Below, in pieces: positions 31,550-40,656 of a stretch of DNA of 60,613 bases (the stretch's first letter is position 1; each line of letters starts with the position of its first letter). The stretch comes from Nitrospinota bacterium (GTDB lineage: Bacteria; UBA8248): positions 1-60,613 of the forward strand of contig JAPOYD010000087.1 of the NCBI GenBank assembly GCA_026706735.1, read 5' to 3'. The translations under genes were made by a program, and so were the position numbers. Below the pieces are notes generated by a model. The model was not told the origin of the DNA. It searched no databases and worked only from the letters and a program-made list of their open reading frames with translations.

Positions 31550-33904
31550 TCAGCGCAGGGCCAACTCCACGTTCGTGACGCCCCAGCCGCCCTCTTCGGG
31601 CCGGGCGGGGCCGAACTTCGACACGAGCGCATGTTCCTGCAGGCGCTCGGCGACCACCTTGGAGAGCACCCCCTCCCCCTTGCCGTGAACGATGCGGACC
31701 GACGCGATTCCCACGAGCGCGGCGTCATCGAGATATTTGTCCACCATTTCGACGGCGCGTTCGGCGCGCACGCCGCGCAACTGAAGCTCGGGCGAGAAAT
31801 CACCTCCCCTCGATTCGACGTCGTGCGTCACCGTGCTCTTGCGTGAAGGCGCGCCCGGCGCATCGTCCAGAACTTCCACCACACTCAAGGACAGGCGCAG
31901 GGATTTGCCGTTCACCGTCACCGTCAGCTCGTCTTCTCCGTGAAGGGCGGCCACCTCGCCCGTGCAGTTCATGAGCGGGATGCGCACCCGGTCTCCTTTG
32001 CGACACGATATCGGCGCGCGCGGCGCCGCCGTCTCTTCCCTCCGGGGCAGCGCTTCATCGATTCCGGCGCTTATCTCGCGGATGCGATCGCGGGCGATAC
32101 GCTTGGCTTCCTCCATTTCGAGCGCCCCGCGCATCTCGTTCAGGAGGTCATCGGCCTCGCGCCTCAAGTCCTTGAGGAACCGGGCCGCGTCATCGCCCCT
32201 CCTGCGCGCTTCCTCGCCCAATTCGCATTCGAGTTCTCTCTCGCGCTCTTCGAGCAGCGCCCGGCGGGCCGAGAGGTCGGCCTCTTTTTCTTCCATCTCG
32301 CGCTGCTGATCGGATAGATTCGCCATCAGGCGATCCACCTGGACGGGGCCTTTCATGAGCAGCGCATCCGCGCGCGAGAGCACGGATTCGGGCAAGCCCA
32401 TCATCTGCGCTACCGACATGGCGTTGCTCGGCCCGGCCGCGCCCATGCGGATCCGGTAGGTGGGCGAGAGGTCATCGGCGTCGAACTCCACCGACGCGTT
32501 CTCGGCGTGCGCGGCCCCATAGGCGTAGTGCTTGAGGGCGTCGTGGTGTGTCGTCACGATGCAAAGCGCGCCGCGCGCCGCCAGGTGTTCGAGCACGGAG
32601 ACGCCGATGGCCGAACCCTCCGCCGGGTCGGTGCCGGAGCCCAACTCGTCCAGGAGCACGAGCACGCCCTCTCTCGCCTCGCGCACCGCGCCCGAGACGC
32701 GCGCCATGTGGCCCGAGAAGGTGCTCAGGTTCTGCTGGATGTCCTGCTCATCCCCGATGTCGGCGACGAGCGTCTTGAAGACGGGGAGCGCGCTCTCGGG
32801 CGCAGCCGGTATGGGCAGGCCGCACTGGTGAAGCGCCACGCAAAGGCCCACCGTCTTGAGGGCCACCGTCTTGCCGCCCGTGTTGGGCCCCGTGATGAGG
32901 AGCTGGCGCACTCCGTCTTTCCCGACCTCGAGATCGATGGGCACCACCTCTTCTTTCGGCACCGCGCCGACGCCCGCCGTGAGGAGGGGATGACGCGCGG
33001 CTCTCAACCGGATGCCTTCGTCCGCGCTCGCCTGCGCGCGCGCGCCGCGCCAATCGACCCCCAGGCGCGCTTTCGCCCAGATGAGATCGAGCCCGGCCAG
33101 GCATTGCACCAGATATACGATGGACTCGCGCGCCTCCATGACCTCCGCGGTCAACTCGCGCAGGATTCTCTCCACCTCCGCGCGCTCGGCCTCGCGCTCC
33201 TCGGCGATGGCGTTGTTCACGGGCACCGCCGAAAGCGGCTCGACAAAGAACGTCTCCCCGCTCGCGGAGCGATCCTGTATGACGCCCTCGAAGGAGCGCT
33301 TGAAAGTCGTTTTGGCGGGAATCAGATACCGCTCGCGCCGCTGAACGATCAGGTTTTCCTGAATCGCATTCGGGTGCGCGGTCATTACCCCCTCGAGCAG
33401 GCGGCGTATCTCGGCCCTGAGCGCGCGCTGTTTCGTTCTCGATTCCTGGAGTTCGGTGCTCGCGTCGTCGCGCACCTCGCCGCGCTCATCGAGAATGCGC
33501 CGGATTCGCGCGGCCAGAGGATACTGCATGTCCGCGCCGTGAATGCGCATCCTGAGCCTGGGCAGCCTCTCGGCGCGCTCTTCCACGAAGCGGCGGGCGC
33601 CTGAGGCGAGGTTCAGCAGTGAGAGAATCGAGAGGAATTTCTCGCCTTCGAGGTTCCCTCCCCTGCGCCTGATGTCCTCGAGCCATTCTTCGGGGTCATC
33701 GAACGCTGCCAGCGGCATGTATTCACCGGCGCCGAGGAGAGCCACCGCTTCATCGGTCTCATCGAGCAGGGTATCGACCTCGAAAGACGAGGTGGCCGGG
33801 AGGAGCGCCGCGGCCGCCGCCGCGCCGGATGCGGAAGCGCAGCGAACCGCCAGCAGCTTCAGAACACTCGCGAATTCAATGCCTTGCAGTGTGCGATCAT
33901 CCAT
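31550..33904 (-). CDS. mutS2: Endonuclease MutS2
   Basis: SASGETFFVEP, ITGPNTGGKT, DIGDEQDIQQNLSTFSGH, DELGSGTDP, C-terminal Smr IVHGKGEG. Confidence 0.96.
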   Translation of the reverse strand: MDDRTLQGIEFASVLKLLAVRCASASGAAAAAALLPATSSFEVDTLLDETDEAVALLGAGEYMPLAAFDDPEEWLEDIRRRGGNLEGEKFLSILSLLNLASGARRFVEERAERLPRLRMRIHGADMQYPLAARIRRILDERGEVRDDASTELQESRTKQRALRAEIRRLLEGVMTAHPNAIQENLIVQRRERYLIPAKTTFKRSFEGVIQDRSASGETFFVEPLSAVPVNNAIAEEREAERAEVERILRELTAEVMEARESIVYLVQCLAGLDLIWAKARLGVDWRGARAQASADEGIRLRAARHPLLTAGVGAVPKEEVVPIDLEVGKDGVRQLLITGPNTGGKTVALKTVGLCVALHQCGLPIPAAPESALPVFKTLVADIGDEQDIQQNLSTFSGHMARVSGAVREAREGVLVLLDELGSGTDPAEGSAIGVSVLEHLAARGALCIVTTHHDALKHYAYGAAHAENASVEFDADDLSPTYRIRMGAAGPSNAMSVAQMMGLPESVLSRADALLMKGPVQVDRLMANLSDQQREMEEKEADLSARRALLEERERELECELGEEARRRGDDAARFLKDLRREADDLLNEMRGALEMEEAKRIARDRIREISAGIDEALPRREETAAPRAPISCRKGDRVRIPLMNCTGEVAALHGEDELTVTVNGKSLRLSLSVVEVLDDAPGAPSRKSTVTHDVESRGGDFSPELQLRGVRAERAVEMVDKYLDDAALVGIASVRIVHGKGEGVLSKVVAERLQEHALVSKFGPARPEEGGWGVTNVELALR

Positions 33905-34228
33905 CAACCATCATCCATGGATAATTGACTCAACGATGAGTCATGCGCTTCGCCCGATATCGGGACAAAACGGCGTATTCAAGAAATCTCGATTGAAAAT
34001 CAGGCGGTTCTTTTTCGGCATGTCTCCGCGGAACCAGCCAGAAAATGCCGATGGGGCGAAGTGTACTCCGGGTCCTTTTCGTCGATCGTTCTTCAAGACG
34101 GGCCGAAGAACGGAATGTATATGAAGAAAATAAGGGGGACGACCCTCGTCATCCCGCATCTTTTTGAAATTCAAGAGCTTATAAACTTCAACCGCTCAGA
34201 TTGCGCAATAATCCCATTATCAGGAGTC

Positions 34229-34257
34229 AATATAGGAACCAAGCGTGAATCTGTCAA
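34229..34257 (-). promoter_or_regulatory. Near-consensus sigma70 promoter ~320 bp upstream of mutS2
   Basis: TTGACA (34257-34252), 17 bp, TATATT (34234-34229), with an AT-rich stretch upstream. Confidence 0.72.
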
Positions 34258-34356
34258 GGATAATACAAATAATTAAATTTCGCCGCTTCGGGCGGGAAAC
34301 AGTCCTATTTGGAGATTGTTGAAAAAAAAACCACCTCGGCCGTAATTGGCCACTAC

Positions 34357-34486
34357 CGTCATTCCGGCGAAAGCCGGAATCCATTTTACGCCTTTCGTCA
34401 GGGTTCCCGCGCATTGGCGGGGAGTGAAACGCCGTCTTTCATTCACCCGCACCCGCAAATGGATTCCGGCTTTCGCCGGAATGACG
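34357..34486. repeat. CGTC-family REP doublet (perfect 30-bp inverted repeat)
   Basis: CGTCATTCCGGCGAAAGCCGGAATCCATTT (34357-34386) and its exact reverse complement (34457-34486). Confidence 0.9.
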
Positions 34487-34556
34487 AACGAAAACCAAAT
34501 TCGTTGTGGGTCTCGAGAAGCCAGTTCCGACCGCAGAGGGAGGAACCGCCGCCTAC

Positions 34557-34785
34557 CGTAGTGGGCCGTTCTTGTGAACGGCCCAAGGTCGCGACCTGTC
34601 CCTACTACAACAAACGTAAACCCTCCCGCATTGGGCTTTTTCAACAACCACGTATGCGGTTTCTGTGCGCCCCCTCGAATGACGACTGTAGGGGCGTCGA
34701 ACTTCCCTCTTCGGGAAGTTCGACCGTGCCCGCCCGTCGGCCATATTCACCACGATACAGGACAGGCTCAGAGGCCTGTCCCTAC
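34557..34785. repeat. GTAG-family REP palindromes (two head-to-head pairs)
   Basis: GTAGTGGGCCGTTC-TTGT-GAACGGCCC...AGGTCGCGACCTGTCCCTAC (34558-34605) and GTAGGGGCG...GGACAGGCTCAGAGGCCTGTCCCTAC (34688-34785). Confidence 0.75.
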
Positions 34786-34831
34786 AAACCTTCTGCTTGC
34801 AGGGTTCCCATACGGGGTTTTTCAACAACCC

Positions 34832-35506
34832 CTACCTCTCGGACTCGGGTCTCCCGCCGCGCCCGAACCGGCGCGCGAGTTCCGCAAAAACGCGCCCAGG
34901 CGGCACGCCGCGCGCGGCCATACCCACCAGGGTGTGGAACCACAAGTCGGCCACCTCGTTCGTTATCGCGCCCGCGTCGTCGTCTTTCATCGCCATGACA
35001 ACTTCGGCGGCTTCTTCGTCTATCTTCTCCAGCACCCGCTCCTCGCCCTTCGCGAACAGGCGCGCCACATAGCTCGAATCCGTATCGCCCGCCTCTTTCC
35101 TCTCCAGGATCAGGCGATACACAGATTCGAGCAGGTTCTGATCGAATTCGAGCGGCTCCCCGCCCTCTTCCCGCCCGGGGGCGGGCACTTCGTTGAAGAA
35201 ACACGACATCCGGTTCGTGTGACAGGCCGGCCCGTCGGGCCTTACGATGAACACCAGCGCATCCGCGTCACAATCGAGCCTCGCAGAAACGAGACGCAGA
35301 AAGTTTCCCGAGGTCTCGCCCTTGTGCCAAAGCTCCCCGCGGGAGCGCGACCAGAAGTGGACGGTTCCCTTCTCGAGCGTCAAGCGCAGCGATTCCTCGT
35401 TCACCCAGGCGAGGGTCAGGACCTGCCCCGTCGCCGCGTCCTGGCAGATGGCGGGGGCCAGACCCTGCTCGTTCCACTTGACCTCGGGGATTTCCATCTC
35501 GCTCAC
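34832..35506 (-). CDS. hisIE: Bifunctional phosphoribosyl-AMP cyclohydrolase/phosphoribosyl-ATP diphosphatase
   Basis: [24 protein letters not shown]...CF, then [23 protein letters not shown]. Confidence 0.96.
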   Translation of the reverse strand: MSEMEIPEVKWNEQGLAPAICQDAATGQVLTLAWVNEESLRLTLEKGTVHFWSRSRGELWHKGETSGNFLRLVSARLDCDADALVFIVRPDGPACHTNRMSCFFNEVPAPGREEGGEPLEFDQNLLESVYRLILERKEAGDTDSSYVARLFAKGEERVLEKIDEEAAEVVMAMKDDDAGAITNEVADLWFHTLVGMAARGVPPGRVFAELARRFGRGGRPESER

Positions 35507-36273
35507 AACCTCACCTCCACACCGCGATCGCGCAGATAGACTTTCACCTCCTCGACCGAGTAATCGCCAAAGTGAAATATCGAGGCGGCCAGAACGGCGT
35601 CGGCGCAGCCTTCTTCCAGGCCCTCGTACAGATGCGCGAGGTTTCCCACGCCGCCCGAAGCGATGACGGGCACGCTCACCCGCTCGGCAATCGTGCGCGT
35701 AAGGGCCAGGTCATACCCGTCCTTGGTGCCATCCCTGTCCATGCTGGTGAGGAGAATCTCGCCCGCGCCCAGCGCGCACGCTTCCTCCGCCCAGGCCACG
35801 GCGTCCTGGCCGGTGGGGCGCGAGCCCCCGTGCGTGAACGCCTCCCAATGGAGCGTATCTCCATCGCCCGGGACGCGCTTGGCGTCGATGGCGCACACGA
35901 TGGTGGAACTTCCGTAGCGCTCCGCCGAGCGCTTGAGGACGCCCGGGTCCCTGAGCGCCGCACTGTTGATGCTCACCTTGTCCGCGCCCGCCCGAAGCAA
36001 ATCGCGCACGTCTTCCTCCTCGCGTACGCCGCCGCCCACCGTGAGGGGAACGAACACGCGCTCCGCCGTGCGGCGCACCATGTCGAGCAGGGTGCCGCGC
36101 TTTTCCTTCGAAGCCGTGATGTCGAGAAAGCAGATTTCATCCGCCCCCATCTCGTCATAATGCGCGGCGCACTCCACGGGGTCGCCCGCGTCGCGCAGGC
36201 CCTCGAAATTCACGCCCTTCACCACGCGGCCCTCTTTCACGTCGAGGCAGGGAATGATTCGCTTGGCTAGCAA
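35503..36273 (-). CDS. hisF: Imidazole glycerol phosphate synthase cyclase subunit
   Basis: [40 protein letters not shown]. Confidence 0.98.
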   Translation of the reverse strand: MLAKRIIPCLDVKEGRVVKGVNFEGLRDAGDPVECAAHYDEMGADEICFLDITASKEKRGTLLDMVRRTAERVFVPLTVGGGVREEEDVRDLLRAGADKVSINSAALRDPGVLKRSAERYGSSTIVCAIDAKRVPGDGDTLHWEAFTHGGSRPTGQDAVAWAEEACALGAGEILLTSMDRDGTKDGYDLALTRTIAERVSVPVIASGGVGNLAHLYEGLEEGCADAVLAASIFHFGDYSVEEVKVYLRDRGVEVRL

Positions 36274-36992
36274 GAGAGCATCTCCATCGCCTTTGGAAAA
36301 TCCATGGTCCCCTCATAGAGGGCGCGCCCCACGACGGCGCCGATGACGCCCACCTCTTCCAGGGGAATGAGTTTTTCCACGTCCTCCAGCCTGCTCACCC
36401 CCCCTGCGGCGATGACGGGCAGGCCGCAGGCCTCCGCGAGCGCGGCGGTGGGGGCGGGGTCGAAGCCCTCCAGCGTGCCGTCGCGCCTGATGTCGGTGAA
36501 GATGATTCCCGCCAGGGGAAGATGGGCGAAGCGGTTCGCCAGCGATTCGGGCGATACCGAATCGCCCTCCTCCCAGCCCGAGATTCTCACTTCCCCGTCC
36601 CTGGCGTCGATGCCCAACAGAATTCTGCCGGGATTCGCACGGGCGGCGGATTCGAGGAATTCAGGGTTTCTGAGCGCGCTCGTGCCTAGGATGACGAAGC
36701 TCGCCCCCGCCTCCAGGACAGCCGCGAGCGAATCTTCCGTGCGAACGCCGCCGCCGAACTCCACGGGAACGTCCACCGTCTCGGCCACTTGGGCCAGAAC
36801 GTCGATGTGGGCGGGCGCACCGTCAAAGGCGCCGTCGAGATCGATGAGGTGCAGGCGCCGCGCTCCCTGCTCCACCCAGCGCAGGGCCCAAGCCACCGGG
36901 TCGTCGCCGTAGACGATCTCACGCCCCTTCTGGCCCTGGATGAGCCGCACGCATTTGCCGCCCTTGAGATCGACCGCCGGAATGAGAAGCAA
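36267..36992 (-). CDS. hisA: ProFAR isomerase
   Basis: [43 protein letters not shown]. Confidence 0.97.
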   Translation of the reverse strand: MLLIPAVDLKGGKCVRLIQGQKGREIVYGDDPVAWALRWVEQGARRLHLIDLDGAFDGAPAHIDVLAQVAETVDVPVEFGGGVRTEDSLAAVLEAGASFVILGTSALRNPEFLESAARANPGRILLGIDARDGEVRISGWEEGDSVSPESLANRFAHLPLAGIIFTDIRRDGTLEGFDPAPTAALAEACGLPVIAAGGVSRLEDVEKLIPLEEVGVIGAVVGRALYEGTMDFPKAMEMLSC

Positions 36993-37124
36993 AACGCCAC
37001 CCCCGAGATGATGTCCGCGTTCGTGTTGCGCCTCTCATTAAACCCAAACGGGTTTTATTGCAAACGCTTATGCGAACTTCTTGCGGAAAAGGGGGCAAAG
37101 GCGCGCCCGAGGGGCTGATCTCAG

Positions 37125-37436
37125 GGGGTTGTTGGAAAAGTCCTGATTTCGTGATTCGGTAGATGACCCCAAGGTTTTTCACTCCCCCCTTGAGGAGGAG
37201 TCAACGAGGCAAGGGCGAAGCCCGCAGGCGAGTTGGTGGGGGGTATAATTCGGAATGGCGATAAAACGCATTTTACCCCCCACCGATTCAGCCTTCGCAT
37301 AAACCGCTCGGCTTCATCGACTCCCCCTCAAGGGGGGAGTGTCTGGTTGGCGCTTTGCAAGGGTGGAGGGATATATCCTCTCTCCCGCTCGACTACATAC
37401 GCCGAATTACGAAATTGGGACTTTTTCAACAACCCC
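37125..37436. mobile_element. MITE-like element B (~35-bp imperfect TIRs)
   Basis: Left GGGGTTGTTGGAAAAGTCCTGATTTCGTGATTCGG versus right (reverse complement) GGGGTTGTTGAAAAAGTCCCAATTTCGTAATTCGG; internal ACTCCCCCCTTGAGG-type palindromes; 107 bp identical to element D. Confidence 0.82.
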
Positions 37437-38104
37437 TACGCGGATGCGGCTTTATGCGAGCGGCAGATATCGACGAATTTCTTCAATATCCCCAGACCGA
37501 GCGCGCCGCTTTTCTCCGGGTGGAACTGGGTGGCGAAGAGGTTTTCCCTGTGGACGCTGGCGATGAAGGGCACGCCGAAATCGCACGTCGCCGCGATCCA
37601 GGGCCGCGCGGATTCTGAGGGCTCCGCATAGTAGGAGTGGACGAAGTAGAAATGCGCGCCCCTCGGCACGCCAGCGAGAATCGGCGATTCGCCCAGAAAC
37701 TCGGGCTGGTTCCAGCCCATGTGCGGGACCTTCAAGGGCAGCGCGCCGCCGTTTTCGGTCATCCCCTCGGGAAAGCGCCTCACGCGCCCGGGCAGGATTC
37801 CCAGGCCTGGCGTGGAGCCGAACTCCTCGCTCTCCTCAAAAAGAATCTGGAGGCCGAGGCATATCCCGAGATAGGGGACGCCCCCCTCGATGGCGCGGCG
37901 CAATGGCCCTGTGAGGCCGGCGCTCTCCAGGGCGCCCATGCACTCCGGAAAACCGCCCACGCCGGGCAGGATGACGCCCCTGGCCGCCTCCAGCACCTCG
38001 GGGTCGTCGCTCAGCACCGCCTCGGCGCCTATTTTGGCCAGAGCGTTCCTCACGCTCAGGACGTTCCCCATGCCGTAGTCGACCACGACGATATCGGCCG
38101 TCAT
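37436..38104 (-). CDS. hisH: Imidazole glycerol phosphate synthase glutaminase subunit
   Basis: DYGMGN, LPGVG, GICLG, VPHMGWN, YFVHSY, QFHPEKS; ATG 38104 after AGGAGG. Confidence 0.97.
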   Translation of the reverse strand: MTADIVVVDYGMGNVLSVRNALAKIGAEAVLSDDPEVLEAARGVILPGVGGFPECMGALESAGLTGPLRRAIEGGVPYLGICLGLQILFEESEEFGSTPGLGILPGRVRRFPEGMTENGGALPLKVPHMGWNQPEFLGESPILAGVPRGAHFYFVHSYYAEPSESARPWIAATCDFGVPFIASVHRENLFATQFHPEKSGALGLGILKKFVDICRSHKAASA

Positions 38105-38120
38105 GCTGCTCCTCCTGATT

Positions 38121-38361
38121 GGGCTGTTGAAAAAGCCACCTCGCTCGTCATTCCCCCGCCCTGAAAACGAACCCCCCCTACCCCCCCTTGACAGGGGGGC
38201 AAGAAAAAGCAAAACCCCCTCTGCCCGGCGGGGCCATTGCCTCGGCGGGGGCGCATCGCCTTTTTATACCCCCCTGTCAAGGGGGGGTAGGGGGGGTTGC
38301 TTTTCCAGTCGAGAAGGGCGCCCCTTCCACCCCCGGAAAAGGGAACTTTTTCAACAACCCC
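38121..38361. mobile_element. MITE-like element C
   Basis: GGGCTGTTGAAAAAG ... CTTTTTCAACAACCCC ends; internal perfect 30-bp inverted repeat AA-C7-TA-C7-TTGACA-G6 (38170-38199 / 38269-38298). Confidence 0.78.
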
Positions 38362-38388
38362 ATGATGATGAGACCCCTAAAGGCCGTC

Positions 38389-38991
38389 TTATAAAACGCC
38401 CTTCGTGCTGGGTACGCTCGCGTCTCTCGGATCGAGCGCGACGCCTGTGCGCAAGGCCCGCGCAAAACCCTTGAACACGGCTTCGACCATGTGGTGGCTG
38501 TTGTCCCCGTAGCAGACCTCGATGTGGAGGTCGACTCCCGCGTGGGTGGCCACCGACCAGAAGAACTCGCGCACAAGCGAGGTGTCGAACTCGCCTATCT
38601 GGGCTTCGGGGAACGCGGCGCGGAAGACGAGGTTTCCCCTTCCGCCGAAATCCGCCGCCACGTGAACGAGCGCGTCCATCATGGGCAGCCGCACGTCGGC
38701 GTAACGGGTGATGCCCGCCCGGTCGCCGAGCGCCTTCGCCAGCGCCCTCCCCAGGATTATTCCAATGTCCTCCACCGTGTGGTGGCCGTCGACGTCGAGG
38801 TCTCCCTTGCCGCGGACGGTCAAATCCACCAGCCCGTGGCGGGCGATCTGGGCGAGCATGTGGTCGAAAAATCCCAGACCTGTATTGATTTCGGCCTCGC
38901 CCGCGCCGTCCAGGTTGACCGCGACGGTAAAATCGGTCTCCTTCGTCTTTCTGCTCACGCGCGATTTTCTCTGTATGGCTCCCGTAGCCAC
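38389..38991 (-). CDS. hisB: Imidazoleglycerol-phosphate dehydratase
   Basis: RKTKET, FFDHML, DGHHTVED, NSHHMVEAVFK, PSTKGVL. Confidence 0.98.
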   Translation of the reverse strand: MATGAIQRKSRVSRKTKETDFTVAVNLDGAGEAEINTGLGFFDHMLAQIARHGLVDLTVRGKGDLDVDGHHTVEDIGIILGRALAKALGDRAGITRYADVRLPMMDALVHVAADFGGRGNLVFRAAFPEAQIGEFDTSLVREFFWSVATHAGVDLHIEVCYGDNSHHMVEAVFKGFARALRTGVALDPRDASVPSTKGVL

Positions 38992-39087
38992 CTTCTCTCT
39001 CCCGGCGGATGGAAAATTTCAGTGAAACCGCCGCCTTTCGGCAGCGCGATTATGCTTGATCCGGGCGCGTCCCGCCAGCGCCCCTTC

Positions 39088-39360
39088 GGGGAATTGTTGA
39101 AACGCCCCGAATAAGGAGAGCGCTAGAATTCACTCCCCCCTTGAGGGGGAGTCGAAGAGCTGAGGGCGTAAGCCCGAAAGCGATTCGGTGGGGGGTATAA
39201 TTCGGAATGGCGATAAAACGCATTTTACCCCCCACCGATTCAGCCTTCGCATAAACCGCTCGGCTTCATCGACTCCCCCTCAAGGGGGGAGTGATTTTTC
39301 TCTCTCGTCAGTTGGCTCCATACGCCGAATCACGAAATCAGGACTTCTTCAACACCCCCC
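39088..39360. mobile_element. MITE-like element D
   Basis: Degenerate left end GGGGAATTGTTGAAAC; right end (reverse complement) GGGGGTGTTGAAGAAGTCCTGATTTCGTGATTCGG closely matches the left TIR of B; internal 26-bp perfect inverted repeat (39130-39155 / 39269-39294). Confidence 0.8.
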
Positions 39361-40656
39361 TCAGGATGCGCCGCGCCTCAGCCGCAAGGCCCGCGCGTGC
39401 GCGGGCAGGCCCTCGAGATCGGCGAGCCTCGCCGCGGGTTCGGCCAGCCGCGCGGCGGCGGCCTCATCGAAACACACCTTGCTCGTCCACTTGATGAAGT
39501 CATACACGCCGAGCGGCGAGGCGAAGCGCGCCGCTCCTCCGGTGGGAAGCACGTGGTTGGGGCCTGCGACGTAATCTCCCAGCGGAACCGGACTCCAAGG
39601 CCCGCAGAATACGGCCCCGGCATTTCGAATCTCCGCGGCCGCCTCTTCGGCGCGCTCCATCAAAATCTCCAGGTGCTCGGGCGCCAGCATCTCCGCCACC
39701 TCGAGCGCCTCCTCGCGCGATGCCGCCTCGATGATGGCGCCGCGATTCTCCAAAGCCTGCGCCATCTCCCCGCTCCTGGGGGCTGTGCGCAACTGGCTTT
39801 CCACTTCCCGCTCCAGGGCGTCGGCCACGTCCACACCCACGCAAACGCCCACCGCCATCGCCTGCGCGTCGTGCTCGGCCTGGGCGAGCAGGTCCGCCGC
39901 CGCCCATTCGGCCAGGGCCGCATCGTCCAGGAGCACGACCACCTCGCTCGGCCCCGCATCTTTATCGATTTCCACGCGCCCGCGCACGATGCGCTTCGCA
40001 GCGGCGACGTATACGTTGCCCGGCCCCACTATCTTGTCCACGCGGGGGACGCTCTCCGTACCGTACGCCATCGCGGCGACCGCCTGCGCGCCGCCGACGC
40101 GCACGACGCGTTCGAGACCCGCCAGGGAAGCCGCCGCCAGCACCGCGGCGGGCACCTCGCCGTCCGGGCCAGGCGGCGTGCACAGAACCAGCTCCTCGAC
40201 GCCCGCGGCGCGCGCGGGAGTCGCGTTCATGAGCACCGTGGAGGGGTAGGCCGCCGTTCCCCCGGGCGCATACAGACCCACGCTCGCGAGCGCGGTGGGT
40301 TCGAGCGAAAGCCGCTCGCCGGGCGCAGGTTCGACATTGATTGTCCGGGGCACCTGCTCCGCGTGGAACGCGCGAATCCGCTCCTCGGCCAGTTTCAGGG
40401 CGTCAAGCGTATCGGACGGCAGCGCGTCGAGCGCGCGCGCCATCTCCTCCTCGCCTACGACGAGGCTCCCGGCGTCCAAGGAAACGCCGTCGAACTCTCG
40501 CGTCAGATCGATAAGCGCGTCATCCCCCTCGGCGCGGACGCGCTCGATAATGGCGCGTACACCGGCCTCGACGCGTGAAAACGCATCCTCCCCGCTCAGG
40601 GAGAGGCGCTCGATCCCGGCGGCGAAATCCTCCGACCCGCAGCTGAAGCGCCTCAC
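39361..40656 (-). CDS. hisD: Histidinol dehydrogenase
   Basis: GLYAPGGTAAYPST, GGAQAVAAMAYGT, KIVGPGN, AGPSE, QAEHD, APEHL, DYVAGPNHVLPT. Confidence 0.97.
   Translation of the reverse strand: MRRFSCGSEDFAAGIERLSLSGEDAFSRVEAGVRAIIERVRAEGDDALIDLTREFDGVSLDAGSLVVGEEEMARALDALPSDTLDALKLAEERIRAFHAEQVPRTINVEPAPGERLSLEPTALASVGLYAPGGTAAYPSTVLMNATPARAAGVEELVLCTPPGPDGEVPAAVLAAASLAGLERVVRVGGAQAVAAMAYGTESVPRVDKIVGPGNVYVAAAKRIVRGRVEIDKDAGPSEVVVLLDDAALAEWAAADLLAQAEHDAQAMAVGVCVGVDVADALEREVESQLRTAPRSGEMAQALENRGAIIEAASREEALEVAEMLAPEHLEILMERAEEAAAEIRNAGAVFCGPWSPVPLGDYVAGPNHVLPTGGAARFASPLGVYDFIKWTSKVCFDEAAAARLAEPAARLADLEGLPAHARALRLRRGAS

Larger units (their letters stand above)
34311..34832. mobile_element. Composite MITE-like element A (IS-like ends, CGTC and GTAG REP cargo)
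   Basis: Left end GGAGATTGTTGAAAAA; two right ends, TTTTTCAACAACC at ~34637-34649 and TTTTTCAACAACCCC at 34818-34832; internal REP doublets; no transposase. Confidence 0.7.

Noticed and set aside
33941-34174. 77-aa minus-strand ORF upstream of mutS2
   Set aside because: TTG start without an RBS, no recognisable motif, and it runs through a terminator-like hairpin; it cannot be supported from sequence alone.
37244-38280. TATAAT in elements B/D and TTGACA in the arms of element C as portable promoters
   Set aside because: I found no matching partner hexamer at 16-18 bp spacing.
34311-39360. CRISPR array or autonomous IS
   Set aside because: The repeats are inverted and dispersed, not regularly spaced direct repeats; there is no cas or transposase ORF.
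34220-39574. Short ORFs made of repeat sequence (…IPAKAGIH…, MVGGIIRNGDKTHFTPHRF… at 37233 and 39188) and the 5' extension of the hisH ORF to 38212
   Set aside because: These are translations of REP/MITE DNA; hisH has its own AGGAGG RBS at ATG 38104.
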